From positions 64,001 through 128,000 of the forward strand of contig JAWVXD010000005.1 in NCBI GenBank assembly GCA_033723415.1: a stretch of 64,000 bases of DNA, written 5' to 3'. The position numbers and the translations under genes were made by a program. Source of the DNA: Sulfurospirillaceae bacterium (GTDB lineage Bacteria > Campylobacterota > Campylobacteria > Campylobacterales > Sulfurospirillaceae). A model generated the notes under the pieces. The model was not told where the DNA came from. It was given only the letters and a program-made list of their open reading frames with translations, and searched no databases. Shown here in pieces: positions 20,921 to 29,934 of this stretch. The stretch's first letter is position 1, and the number at the start of each line of letters is the position of its first letter.

Positions 20921-20979
20921 ATTATATCATAAAAGAGAATTTGAGAACTTGCTCTTTGTCTTTAAAATCTCTTTTATGA
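20921..20979 (-). promoter_or_regulatory. Extended -10 promoter of racR overlapped by a 12-bp inverted repeat
   Basis: TGATATAAT on the minus strand (20921-20929); TCATAAAAGAGA (20927-20938) / TCTCTTTTATGA (20968-20979). Confidence 0.55.
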
Positions 20980-21007
20980 AAATTGATTTTTTATTTTACA
21001 ATAATTT

Positions 21008-21253
21008 TTATTTACTTAATATTTCTTTTGCCGACAGATATTCTTCTTTAGAAATTTCTCCTCTGGCATATCTGTTTCTCAAGATTTCAATAGCATTATC
21101 AGTACTTCTGTTATTGTTGTTGTTTCTATTTGTCAGAAAAGAATTGACAAACAGATACATCAATATAAGAACAACTATAAAAAGTAAAATTCCCATACCC
21201 GGGAAAAACATCATATGACCGCCGAATCCACCTGCATATCCACCACCGTACAT
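21008..21253 (-). CDS. SHOCT-domain small membrane protein
   Basis: Gly/Met-rich N-terminus, one TM helix, AIEILRNRYARGEISKEEY. Confidence 0.88.
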   Translation of the reverse strand: MYGGGYAGGFGGHMMFFPGMGILLFIVVLILMYLFVNSFLTNRNNNNNRSTDNAIEILRNRYARGEISKEEYLSAKEILSK

Positions 21254-21308
21254 TTTAACTCCTTGAAAGCTATTGCATAGGAGATATCTCCTATGCCGTT
21301 ATTGAAGA

Positions 21309-21857
21309 TTATTTTGTTAGATTACTCTTTAATTCAGATATCTGCTCTTTTGTTAGGATTTTAAAAGCCTTTTCCATATAATCTGCTTTGATCTTTAACA
21401 TATGTTTATGCATATTGTCGGCATACTTTTCAAAAGCTTGTTTATCAAAACCTTTATCGCTTATAAATGCCGCCATCTTGCCTTGGCGATTGTATCCCAT
21501 CATTTTTTTCATATTTAGTCTCATCTCATCTCGGAGAATTGAAAGTTTGTATCTTTGTTCATTATTTAAATTCAATCCTGCGAACATACGCATACCTCTG
21601 GCATTGTGCATTCCCATCATCGGACTATTACCACGCATCATGCCTCTCATCTGCATATTTGGACAATTCATCATACCCTGACCTTGCATCATCATGCCTC
21701 TTGATTGCATACCTTGTCCCTGCATCATGCCTCTCATTGGCATATTTGGACAATTCATCATGCCAGGCCCGTAAGCAGGGGTATTCATAGTGCCTGCATA
21801 TAAGCTAGCGGACATAGCGCCGGCTATAGCCATTGTGATCATAAACTTCATCTTCAT
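21309..21857 (-). CDS. Periplasmic Spy/CpxP (LTxxQ) family protein with Met-rich repeats
   Basis: Signal peptide; LNLNNEQ and LTKEQ motifs. Confidence 0.8.
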   Translation of the reverse strand: MKMKFMITMAIAGAMSASLYAGTMNTPAYGPGMMNCPNMPMRGMMQGQGMQSRGMMMQGQGMMNCPNMQMRGMMRGNSPMMGMHNARGMRMFAGLNLNNEQRYKLSILRDEMRLNMKKMMGYNRQGKMAAFISDKGFDKQAFEKYADNMHKHMLKIKADYMEKAFKILTKEQISELKSNLTK

Positions 21858-22030
21858 TGTGTTCTCCTTGTTTTAAATATCATTGTGATATTTTAGATAT
21901 TGAAATTATAAGTTAATATACATAATAATGGCTGAATGAATTGTTAATACACCTTAACAAACATTGATAAATAACTCAAATTTTGATAAAATTCACAATC
22001 CTAAAAATACTACAAGAAAAGAGAAATAAA

Positions 22031-23161
22031 TTGGACTTAGAATATTACGAGATACTAGAAATAGATAAAAATGCAGATAGTGGTGAGATAAAAAAAGCAT
22101 ATAGAAAACAAGCTTTAAAATATCATCCTGACCGGAACCAAGGTGATAAAGAGGCTGAAGAGATGTTTAAGCTTGTCAATGAAGCTTATCAAGTTCTAAG
22201 TGATGAGACTAAAAGATCAACTTATGACAGATACGGTAAAGCAGGCTTGGATTCTCAAGGTTTCAGCCATTTTTCAGATATGAATTATGAAGATATCATG
22301 GGTGATCTAGGATCAATATTTGAATCAGTCTTTGGTGGAGGATTTGGAGGTGGTTTTGGAAGAGAGAGTAGAAGAAACGACCAAAAATATGCACTTGACC
22401 AAGAAGAAATTGTAACATTAGAATTTAACGAAGCAGCTTTTGGATGTCAAAAAGAGATTAAATTCAAGTATAAAACACCTTGTTCTCATTGTGATGGGAC
22501 AGGAAGCGAAGATAAAAAAGTTCAAAACTGTGTTGATTGTAACGGCAAAGGTCAAGTTTTCTATCGTCAAGGATTCATGACATATTCTCAAACCTGCCCA
22601 ACATGCGGCGGTCAAGGCAAAAGTATAAAGAATAAATGTACTAAATGTGCAGGAAAAGGATATGAAGAAGTCAAAGAAAAGATCAATATAGACATACCTG
22701 AGGGTGTTGACAACGACAATAGGATCAGAGTCGCAAACAAAGGAAATATCGATCAACTGAACAGAAGAGGAGATCTATATATATCAATAAAAGTCAAAGA
22801 AGATGAACACTTTATGAGACATAATGATGACGTATACATAGAAGTTCCTGTTTTCTTTACGCAAATAGCATTGGGTGAGAGTATAAAAATTCCAACGCTC
22901 AGAGGAGAAACTACTCTAGAGATTCCGCTTGGGGCAAAAGACAAACAACAATTTATATTTAAGAACGAAGGAATTAGAAATGTACATAGCCATAGACTCG
23001 GCAGTTTGATCGCTCAGATAAATATAAAATACCCTAAGAAAATAAACAACGAGCAAAAAGAGCTTCTTGAAAAGCTAGGAGATAGTTTTGGTTATAAAAA
23101 AGAAGTTGAGGATGACACCTTTAAGGGTGTTTTTGAAAAAATAAAAGGTTGGTTTAATTAA
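22031..23161 (+). CDS. dnaJ: Chaperone DnaJ
   Basis: HPD J-domain, G/F region, four CxxCxGxG repeats; TTG start at 22031. Confidence 0.97.
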   Translation: MDLEYYEILEIDKNADSGEIKKAYRKQALKYHPDRNQGDKEAEEMFKLVNEAYQVLSDETKRSTYDRYGKAGLDSQGFSHFSDMNYEDIMGDLGSIFESVFGGGFGGGFGRESRRNDQKYALDQEEIVTLEFNEAAFGCQKEIKFKYKTPCSHCDGTGSEDKKVQNCVDCNGKGQVFYRQGFMTYSQTCPTCGGQGKSIKNKCTKCAGKGYEEVKEKINIDIPEGVDNDNRIRVANKGNIDQLNRRGDLYISIKVKEDEHFMRHNDDVYIEVPVFFTQIALGESIKIPTLRGETTLEIPLGAKDKQQFIFKNEGIRNVHSHRLGSLIAQINIKYPKKINNEQKELLEKLGDSFGYKKEVEDDTFKGVFEKIKGWFN

Positions 23162-23768
23162 AAAATATTTTATTTTCAATAATGAAAAAATTTTTTATAC
23201 TATTAAAACAAATAAAAAACTAAAGAATCTATACATTACGATAAACCCCTACCATGGGGTTATCGTAAAAAATCCAAACTTCCCTATTGAAGAAATAGAA
23301 AAAATTATAGCCCAAAAAGCTTCTTGGATATATAAAAAAACAAAATTTTTAGATAAAAAACAGAGTATTCAACAAATATATGCCGATGAAGGAAAGATCC
23401 TGTTTTTGGGCAATAAGATAAAAATAGATAAAAATGTTAATATAGAAGTTTTTTACAAAGAAAAGACTAAAGAGATCGTAACTCCTTTGGTTGAGAAATA
23501 CTCGAAGATTATGTCATTAACTCCAAGTGAGATAAAATATAGGAAAGCAAAAAGAAGATGGGGAAGTTGTAGTGGAAGAAATTCTATAAGTTTTAACTCC
23601 AGCTTATCTCAACTGCCACTTTCTTGCATCGAATACATCATAGTACATGAGCTATCTCACATCCTGCACAAGCATCATCAAAAAGATTTCTGGCTACATG
23701 TAGAAAAATTCATGCCCTCATTTAAAGAGCAAGAGAAAGAACTAAAAAAATATTTTCCGGCTATATAA
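23157..23768 (+). CDS. YgjP/DUF45 (M48-like) zinc metallohydrolase; start codon uncertain
   Basis: RRWGSC, YIIVHELSH and HQKDFW motifs; frame is open and family-like from about 23157, well upstream of the TTG at 23406. Confidence 0.8.
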   Translation: MKKYFIFNNEKIFYTIKTNKKLKNLYITINPYHGVIVKNPNFPIEEIEKIIAQKASWIYKKTKFLDKKQSIQQIYADEGKILFLGNKIKIDKNVNIEVFYKEKTKEIVTPLVEKYSKIMSLTPSEIKYRKAKRRWGSCSGRNSISFNSSLSQLPLSCIEYIIVHELSHILHKHHQKDFWLHVEKFMPSFKEQEKELKKYFPAI

Positions 23769-23769
23769 A

Positions 23770-23801
23770 GTAATCAATTTGTAATCAATTTACTATATCA
23801 T
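23770..23801 (+). promoter_or_regulatory. 11-bp tandem direct repeat (pho-box-like) plus -10 element upstream of the olsF-like gene
   Basis: GTAATCAATTT twice (23770-23791); TATCAT at 23796-23801. Confidence 0.5.
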
Positions 23802-23833
23802 ATTTGAAAAAGTAACTCAAATAGGAAGTAAGT

Positions 23834-25537
23834 ATGGTAGATGTTGCACAAGAAATTATAAAAAAATTTCCAAAATTAAAGAACAAACCTTCGATCATAA
23901 AAAAGCCTCTTATCAAAATAGCTCAAAAACTTGTACATGAAGAGAAGATAAACAATTTTTTGCTTTCAAATAAACACTTAAAAGGATTTGAATTTGCAGA
24001 AGCTGTTTTAGAGTATTTTAAATTTGATTTTTCTTACTCAAACAATGATATGGAAAACATTCCATCCACCGGAAGAGTCGTCATCATAGCAAATCACCCC
24101 TTAGGTGGATTAGATGCATTGTGTCTGCTGAAACTGGTAGGCAATATAAGAAAGGACGTCAAGATTATTGCCAATGATTTTTTAGCAGGCGTAGACTCTC
24201 TTGATTCACTATTTATAAAAATAGACAATTTTAAGAATAGACAATCAAAAGATAATATAAAAAAAATATATGATGCCCTAAATAATGAAGAAGCCATCAT
24301 AGTTTTTCCGGCAGGTGAAGTAAGTAGAATGACTCCTTATGGCATAAAGGACGGCAAATGGCAAAGGGGTTTTTTAAAATTTGCAGGCAGAACAAACAGT
24401 CCGATACTCCCTGTATTTCTGGAAGCAAAAAATTCAAAAACATTTTATACCCTATCTATATTAAACAAGACATTTTCCACTCTTTTACTCTCGGATGAAA
24501 TGTTTAAACAACAAGATAGAAATATTAATATAAAGATCGGCAAGATCATACCTCATGAGTATATCCTTCCTGCTGGGATAGAAGATAAATATCTGGTAAA
24601 TTTATATAAAAAACATCTATACGGTCTTAAAAAAGGGAAAAAATTTTTCTTCCAAACTCAAAATGCCATCGCCCATGGAGAAAATAAACAGGCTCTAAAG
24701 AGTGAACTAAAAAACTCTCAAGTATTAGGCAAGACAAATGACGGTAAAATGATCTATCTCTATACGTACAAGGCAGATTCTGCGGTAATTCAGGAGATAG
24801 GCAGATTAAGAGAAGTAAGTTTTAGAAAAGTCAATGAAGGCGTAAATAAAAGAAGAGATATAGACTTATACGATATGCACTACAAACATATCATCCTATG
24901 GGATGAAGAAGAGTTAGAGATCATAGGGGCTTACAGAATTGCAATAGCAAAAGAAGTCTTTGAAAAATACGGAATAAACGGATTTTATACAAATACTCTT
25001 TTTAAATTCAATGATAATTTCATACCTTATCTAAATGACTCAATAGAACTTGGAAGAAGTTTTGTTCAACCAAAATACTGGGGTAGCAGAGCCCTTGATT
25101 ATCTCTGGTATGGAATTGGAGCTTATCTCAAAAACAATCCACAGATAAAGTATATGTACGGTCCTGTCAGCCTTAGTGCATCTCTTCCTCTCATAGCAAA
25201 AGAGTTGATTATATATTTTTACACTATTTATTTTGGTATTAAATCAGATTTAGTTACTCCTAAAAATCCATATAAACAGACAATGGAAAACAAAAAATTC
25301 TTGGATATTTTTATAAAAAACAACTATCAAGAAGACTTTAAAGTTTTAAGAAGGACACTTAGAAACATGAATGTATCCGTACCTGTTTTATACAAACAAT
25401 ATAGCGAGCTATGTGAAAAAGAAGGAGTATACTTCCATGATTTCAATATAGATCCTGATTTTTCAAACTGTGTAGACGGCTTCATCATGGTAGAAATTTC
25501 CAAAATAAAAGAATCAAAGAAAAAATATTTGGTATAA
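23834..25537 (+). CDS. Bifunctional acyltransferase (PlsC domain + GNAT domain), OlsF-like ornithine-lipid synthase
   Basis: NHPLGGLD (HX4D) and FPAGEV in the N-terminal half; GRLREVSFR, IIGAYR, ELGRSF and LW in the C-terminal half. Confidence 0.75.
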   Translation: MVDVAQEIIKKFPKLKNKPSIIKKPLIKIAQKLVHEEKINNFLLSNKHLKGFEFAEAVLEYFKFDFSYSNNDMENIPSTGRVVIIANHPLGGLDALCLLKLVGNIRKDVKIIANDFLAGVDSLDSLFIKIDNFKNRQSKDNIKKIYDALNNEEAIIVFPAGEVSRMTPYGIKDGKWQRGFLKFAGRTNSPILPVFLEAKNSKTFYTLSILNKTFSTLLLSDEMFKQQDRNINIKIGKIIPHEYILPAGIEDKYLVNLYKKHLYGLKKGKKFFFQTQNAIAHGENKQALKSELKNSQVLGKTNDGKMIYLYTYKADSAVIQEIGRLREVSFRKVNEGVNKRRDIDLYDMHYKHIILWDEEELEIIGAYRIAIAKEVFEKYGINGFYTNTLFKFNDNFIPYLNDSIELGRSFVQPKYWGSRALDYLWYGIGAYLKNNPQIKYMYGPVSLSASLPLIAKELIIYFYTIYFGIKSDLVTPKNPYKQTMENKKFLDIFIKNNYQEDFKVLRRTLRNMNVSVPVLYKQYSELCEKEGVYFHDFNIDPDFSNCVDGFIMVEISKIKESKKKYLV

Positions 25538-25659
25538 CAGAATAACATAAATAATATATCTTTTCGTATACTCTCAAAAGAGGATTAATTATGTATTAAA
25601 TGTATATTTATGCATTATATGTTAGTATTCACGATTAATTATACTTTGTGGGTTGCCAA

Positions 25660-27579
25660 ATGAATATGAAAAAAGTTTTATTTATATTACTTATATTTAC
25701 CTGCATAATATACGCACAAGAAGATATAACAAATCTACTCAGCAATTTTGCACAAAAATCAGATCTTTCAGAGCAAACTAAAAAAGAAAGTGCCGGTTTT
25801 TTAAAGATATATACAAGACAAGACTTAGATCGTATGCAAATCCATACATTAAGAGAAATATTAGATAAACTCCCCTTCTTGAGATACAATGAAGATAACC
25901 AAGGACGCACCAGTCCATTTTATATTCCATACCAACCAGAACCGCAAGATATAATAAGAGTATATATAAATGATCGAGAACTTGTGACCCCGTTCAGAGG
26001 AAATGCTTTAGGACTGTTTGGACAGATAAGTATGAACTATATAGATCACATAGAGATATATATGGGCATCCCATCTGCTACTCTTGGAATCCAAACAGCT
26101 AGAATAACTATAAAATGTTATACAAAGGACCCGAAAAGAGAAGAAACAAATCTAGTCGGTATGACAGTTGGAAGCTACAACACAAAAAATATATACGGTT
26201 ATAGCGCTCAAAGTTTAGATAAGTTCTCTTATCTCGCATATATTAATAATAGACAATTAGGTAAAAAACACATCAACTACAAAGGGACTAAACTATCAAG
26301 AGATAAAGATATTACAAATTTTTATGGAGAAATCAGAAAAGACAATTTAAGATTTGAAACACAAATCGTTAAAGGTTCTCTAGATAATTTTATTGGAAAT
26401 AGTCTCAACATGGACCCAAAATCCAACTATACTGATTTTTCATATTTTTATACAGGTTTGTATTATAAGAATACCGACAATGGATTAAAAGCTTTTGTCA
26501 ATTTTGCACAAGATCGAAACAATCACTATGAAAAATCAAAAACTATATTAGGCATTATGTCTCTTACAACTCCTCCTTACATATACGCTTATCAAGATTA
26601 TAGGGCAAATATGACAGCAAGAATAAGCGATGCACAGATTTATAAAACTATTAAAACAAATAAAAACAAACTTTTAATTGGAATTCAAAGTAGGTATAAG
26701 AATTTTAACTTTGAGAATCTTCGTTTTGGAAATATACATATTAATAACTCGGCAAACTATAATTCGGAATTTATATTATCAACTTTTGCTGAAAACAGCT
26801 ATCTAATAGATGAATCAAATATGGTCACAAGTACAATCAAATATAGCCATATTGCGGAAAACGGCGATGTCCAAGATTATAAAACTTATTTGGGTAGATT
26901 AGGGTATATCTATAATAACGAGAAATGGACATCAAAAACATTTTTCTTTGTAGGAGAAGTTACGCCGACTATGCAAATTCTATTTGATAATAGAGTTTTT
27001 TATCATCAAACAACAGATCTCAAAAAAGCAAGGAAGATCGCTTTTGGGACAGAGTTAATCTATAAAACTCAAAAATATACTACATCAATTTTTGTGGATC
27101 ATTCTATCGGTAAGAATTCTGTTTATTTTGATGGCAGTGCATATAGAAATTTTACATCAACAAACACGATAGATACTATAGATTTCACCTATAAATATAT
27201 GTTTAATTCACTCAACAGTATAGAGTTGGACGCTTGGACTAATAGAATATATAAGGAAAATCATCCTTTAGGCTCAGTAAGTAACTACTACGGTGGTATG
27301 ATCAGTATCTTGAACAGTATAGGCAAATTTGATTTTTCGAATGATTTGGTCTATAAACACTGGCCAGAAATCCAAAATGACGGTTGGAATTTAAATAGTT
27401 CTATAACTTATCACTACTCAAGACCGTTAACTTTATATGTAAAAGCAGAAAATATCTTAGGGAAAGCTCTAAAAAGTGATTATTATATATATAATTCTAT
27501 AACAAATACTACAAATTACTTAAATAATGTCGATTCTATAGATAGAAGAGTTTGGTTAAAAGTCGAGTACCAATTTTGA
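25660..27579 (+). CDS. TonB-dependent receptor-like outer-membrane protein (plug + beta-barrel)
   Basis: Signal peptide; plug-like segments (IYTRQDLDRM...TLREIL, VYINDR, IDHIEIY); Tyr/Asn-rich strands; C-terminal ENILG...EYQF. Confidence 0.8.
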   Translation: MNMKKVLFILLIFTCIIYAQEDITNLLSNFAQKSDLSEQTKKESAGFLKIYTRQDLDRMQIHTLREILDKLPFLRYNEDNQGRTSPFYIPYQPEPQDIIRVYINDRELVTPFRGNALGLFGQISMNYIDHIEIYMGIPSATLGIQTARITIKCYTKDPKREETNLVGMTVGSYNTKNIYGYSAQSLDKFSYLAYINNRQLGKKHINYKGTKLSRDKDITNFYGEIRKDNLRFETQIVKGSLDNFIGNSLNMDPKSNYTDFSYFYTGLYYKNTDNGLKAFVNFAQDRNNHYEKSKTILGIMSLTTPPYIYAYQDYRANMTARISDAQIYKTIKTNKNKLLIGIQSRYKNFNFENLRFGNIHINNSANYNSEFILSTFAENSYLIDESNMVTSTIKYSHIAENGDVQDYKTYLGRLGYIYNNEKWTSKTFFFVGEVTPTMQILFDNRVFYHQTTDLKKARKIAFGTELIYKTQKYTTSIFVDHSIGKNSVYFDGSAYRNFTSTNTIDTIDFTYKYMFNSLNSIELDAWTNRIYKENHPLGSVSNYYGGMISILNSIGKFDFSNDLVYKHWPEIQNDGWNLNSSITYHYSRPLTLYVKAENILGKALKSDYYIYNSITNTTNYLNNVDSIDRRVWLKVEYQF

Positions 27580-27995
27580 GAAAACTTCTTTTATCTATTA
27601 TCATTGTAGTGTATTCTTATGCAAGTAGCACGGCAGATATTAAGGCAAAAATAATAGAGAATATATCAAGGGTTTTTATTAAGAATAAAATTATAAAGCT
27701 TTATGTTGCAGATAAAACTTTCAATGATGTCTTTAATGTAAATAAAAATCTACAAAGAGTTACGAAAATAAAAGATGCCAATATTATCTTGACAAACGAT
27801 TCTGCTAAATTTAAAGATCTAAAAAGTCCTATATATGTCATAAGTACTAGCTACAAAGACTATAAAAATGCGCTTTCTTTTGATTGTGCTGCTTTCTTCT
27901 GGCAAAAAGGAAGACCAAACTTAATCTTAAATTCGAAAGTCATAAAGGACAAAAAAATAAAACTATCAAAACAGTACAATAGGTTTGTTGAATAA
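27576..27995 (+). CDS. Small exported protein, possibly YfiR/DUF4154-like
   Basis: TTG start overlaps the receptor stop (TTGA); signal peptide; C-terminal FFWQKGRPNLILN...IKLS. Confidence 0.6.
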   Translation: MRKLLLSIIIVVYSYASSTADIKAKIIENISRVFIKNKIIKLYVADKTFNDVFNVNKNLQRVTKIKDANIILTNDSAKFKDLKSPIYVISTSYKDYKNALSFDCAAFFWQKGRPNLILNSKVIKDKKIKLSKQYNRFVE

Positions 27996-27997
27996 TC

Positions 27998-29911
27998 ATG
28001 ATAAATTTAAAAAATAGGCTTATAGCCGTTTACTTTGTAATACTAATATTTTTAACTTCAGGAATCACTTGGTTATATATAAATTCTGATTTGTCACTAA
28101 GCGGTTCAAACAAAGAAATTGCCAATATAGAGGTTATGAGGGCTAAAAATTTTGGAGAAAATATAATAACCCAGATACAATCTTTAGCACCTTTAAATCT
28201 GGTTCAAACCATAAAAGAGAGTAAAAAATTACAAAGAAGAATCACAAATATTCTTTCTTTATTTTCTAATGAACAATACCGCTATGTATATCTTATATAT
28301 CCTGATTCACAGGGCAAACTGAGATATCTGGCAGATGGTTCAAAAGAGTTAAATCAAAGAGGTGAATTAAATCAAAAGTTTGATCCTCTTTCTCCTCTTT
28401 GGACAGAAGTAATAAAAAACAAAAAGCCCATATACACAACTCAACAAAACATATCTGATCTTTGGATAACATATCTTTATCCTATAGTAAAAGCAAATAA
28501 AATTGAAGCGATTCTAGCGTTTGATATCTCGGCAAAAGAGTACACTGACCTCATGAAAGTCGTAACACCATTGCACAATTTCTTATTGATCATATCAATC
28601 TTCATGGTTTTTATTTTGATATTTAGTCTATTTCAAATGTATCTATATTTAAAACAGCAGAAAAAAACCAATATTGATGCACTTACACGTTTATATAATC
28701 GACATTATCTTGATGAAAAAAGAAAAGATATAGATCTCTCCAAGTGTGCTATTATCATAGTAGATATTGACCATTTCAAAAGGATCAATGACAACTTCGG
28801 TCATGACGTAGGCGATATAGTTCTTGAGACTATAGCAAAAAGATTACTGAGTGCTACACGTATATTTGATGCCGTTATAAGATATGGCGGTGAAGAATTT
28901 CTGATAATATTACACAAGCAAGTAGATACAAAAACGATAAGAGAAATTTCGAATAGGATTTTAAGTTCTGTTTCTAAACAACCCATAAGGGCAGAAACAA
29001 GAAATTTACACGTTACTGTATCTATGGGCATAAATCCCCCGACTATTGATAAAATATCGTTAGAAGAAGCTATAGCAAATGCCGATAGAATGTTGTATTT
29101 AGCGAAAACTAGCGGCAGAAATAGAATAGTCATACTGAATGAAGAGATAGGAGACAGTCATATACTTCTTATTGATGAAGTTTCTTTGGCTATACAAGAA
29201 GAACGTTTATGTGCATATTTTCAGCCTATCCTTGACATCAAAACAAACAAGATTAAAAAATATGAAGCTTTGGTCAGGATCATCGGCAAAGACGGAAGAG
29301 TATTTGTGCCTGCTCAATTTTTACGAATGATCAAAAAAACCGGTGTTTATAGAGCCTTAACGAAAAGTATACTATTAGAAGCTTTTGACACCATCAAAAA
29401 AAATAATATCTCTGTCAGTGTCAATTTTGATGTTGGAGACTTTTTTGATGATACTCTTTTTGAAAATGTTAAAGATCTGATAAGCGAAAATATAAAGTAT
29501 GCTAATTTATTAACTATAGAAATACTTGAAGATACACTGATCTCTGATATGGATAATTTTGTGAAAAGATTGAATATCCTAAAAAAAATGAACATACAAA
29601 TCGCTATAGATGACTTTGGTAGCGGCTATTCAAGCTTTAATTACCTAATCCATATCAGACCTGATATCCTAAAAATTGATGGCAGCATCATCTCAAAACT
29701 GCTCATAGATGAAAATGCAAAAACTATAATACAGGGAATAGTAAATATTTGCAAATCATTAAATATATGCAGTATCGCTGAATTTGTTGAGAGTGCGGAA
29801 GTTTTGGAGATACTTAAAGGGTATGGAGTAGATATGGCACAGGGATATTATATCGGCAGGCCAAACAAATCTCTTGTAAATACAAATTTCGGTACTGTTA
29901 TAAATTATTAA
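27998..29911 (+). CDS. Membrane-bound diguanylate cyclase/phosphodiesterase (periplasmic sensor-GGDEF-EAL)
   Basis: Two TM segments, DIDHFKRINDNFGH, RIFD I-site, GGEEF, EAL and DDFGSGYSS motifs. Confidence 0.93.
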   Translation: MINLKNRLIAVYFVILIFLTSGITWLYINSDLSLSGSNKEIANIEVMRAKNFGENIITQIQSLAPLNLVQTIKESKKLQRRITNILSLFSNEQYRYVYLIYPDSQGKLRYLADGSKELNQRGELNQKFDPLSPLWTEVIKNKKPIYTTQQNISDLWITYLYPIVKANKIEAILAFDISAKEYTDLMKVVTPLHNFLLIISIFMVFILIFSLFQMYLYLKQQKKTNIDALTRLYNRHYLDEKRKDIDLSKCAIIIVDIDHFKRINDNFGHDVGDIVLETIAKRLLSATRIFDAVIRYGGEEFLIILHKQVDTKTIREISNRILSSVSKQPIRAETRNLHVTVSMGINPPTIDKISLEEAIANADRMLYLAKTSGRNRIVILNEEIGDSHILLIDEVSLAIQEERLCAYFQPILDIKTNKIKKYEALVRIIGKDGRVFVPAQFLRMIKKTGVYRALTKSILLEAFDTIKKNNISVSVNFDVGDFFDDTLFENVKDLISENIKYANLLTIEILEDTLISDMDNFVKRLNILKKMNIQIAIDDFGSGYSSFNYLIHIRPDILKIDGSIISKLLIDENAKTIIQGIVNICKSLNICSIAEFVESAEVLEILKGYGVDMAQGYYIGRPNKSLVNTNFGTVINY

Positions 29912-29934
29912 TACAATTATGATAAAATGTCACT

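Noticed and set aside
21963..21981. HspR HAIR or HrcA CIRCE site upstream of dnaJ
   Set aside because: Only a half-site (ACTCAA) is present, with the wrong spacing.
29150..29158. GGAGACAGT inside the GGDEF-EAL gene as another repeat copy
   Set aside because: Only 9 nt match and there are no flanking hairpins; likely chance.
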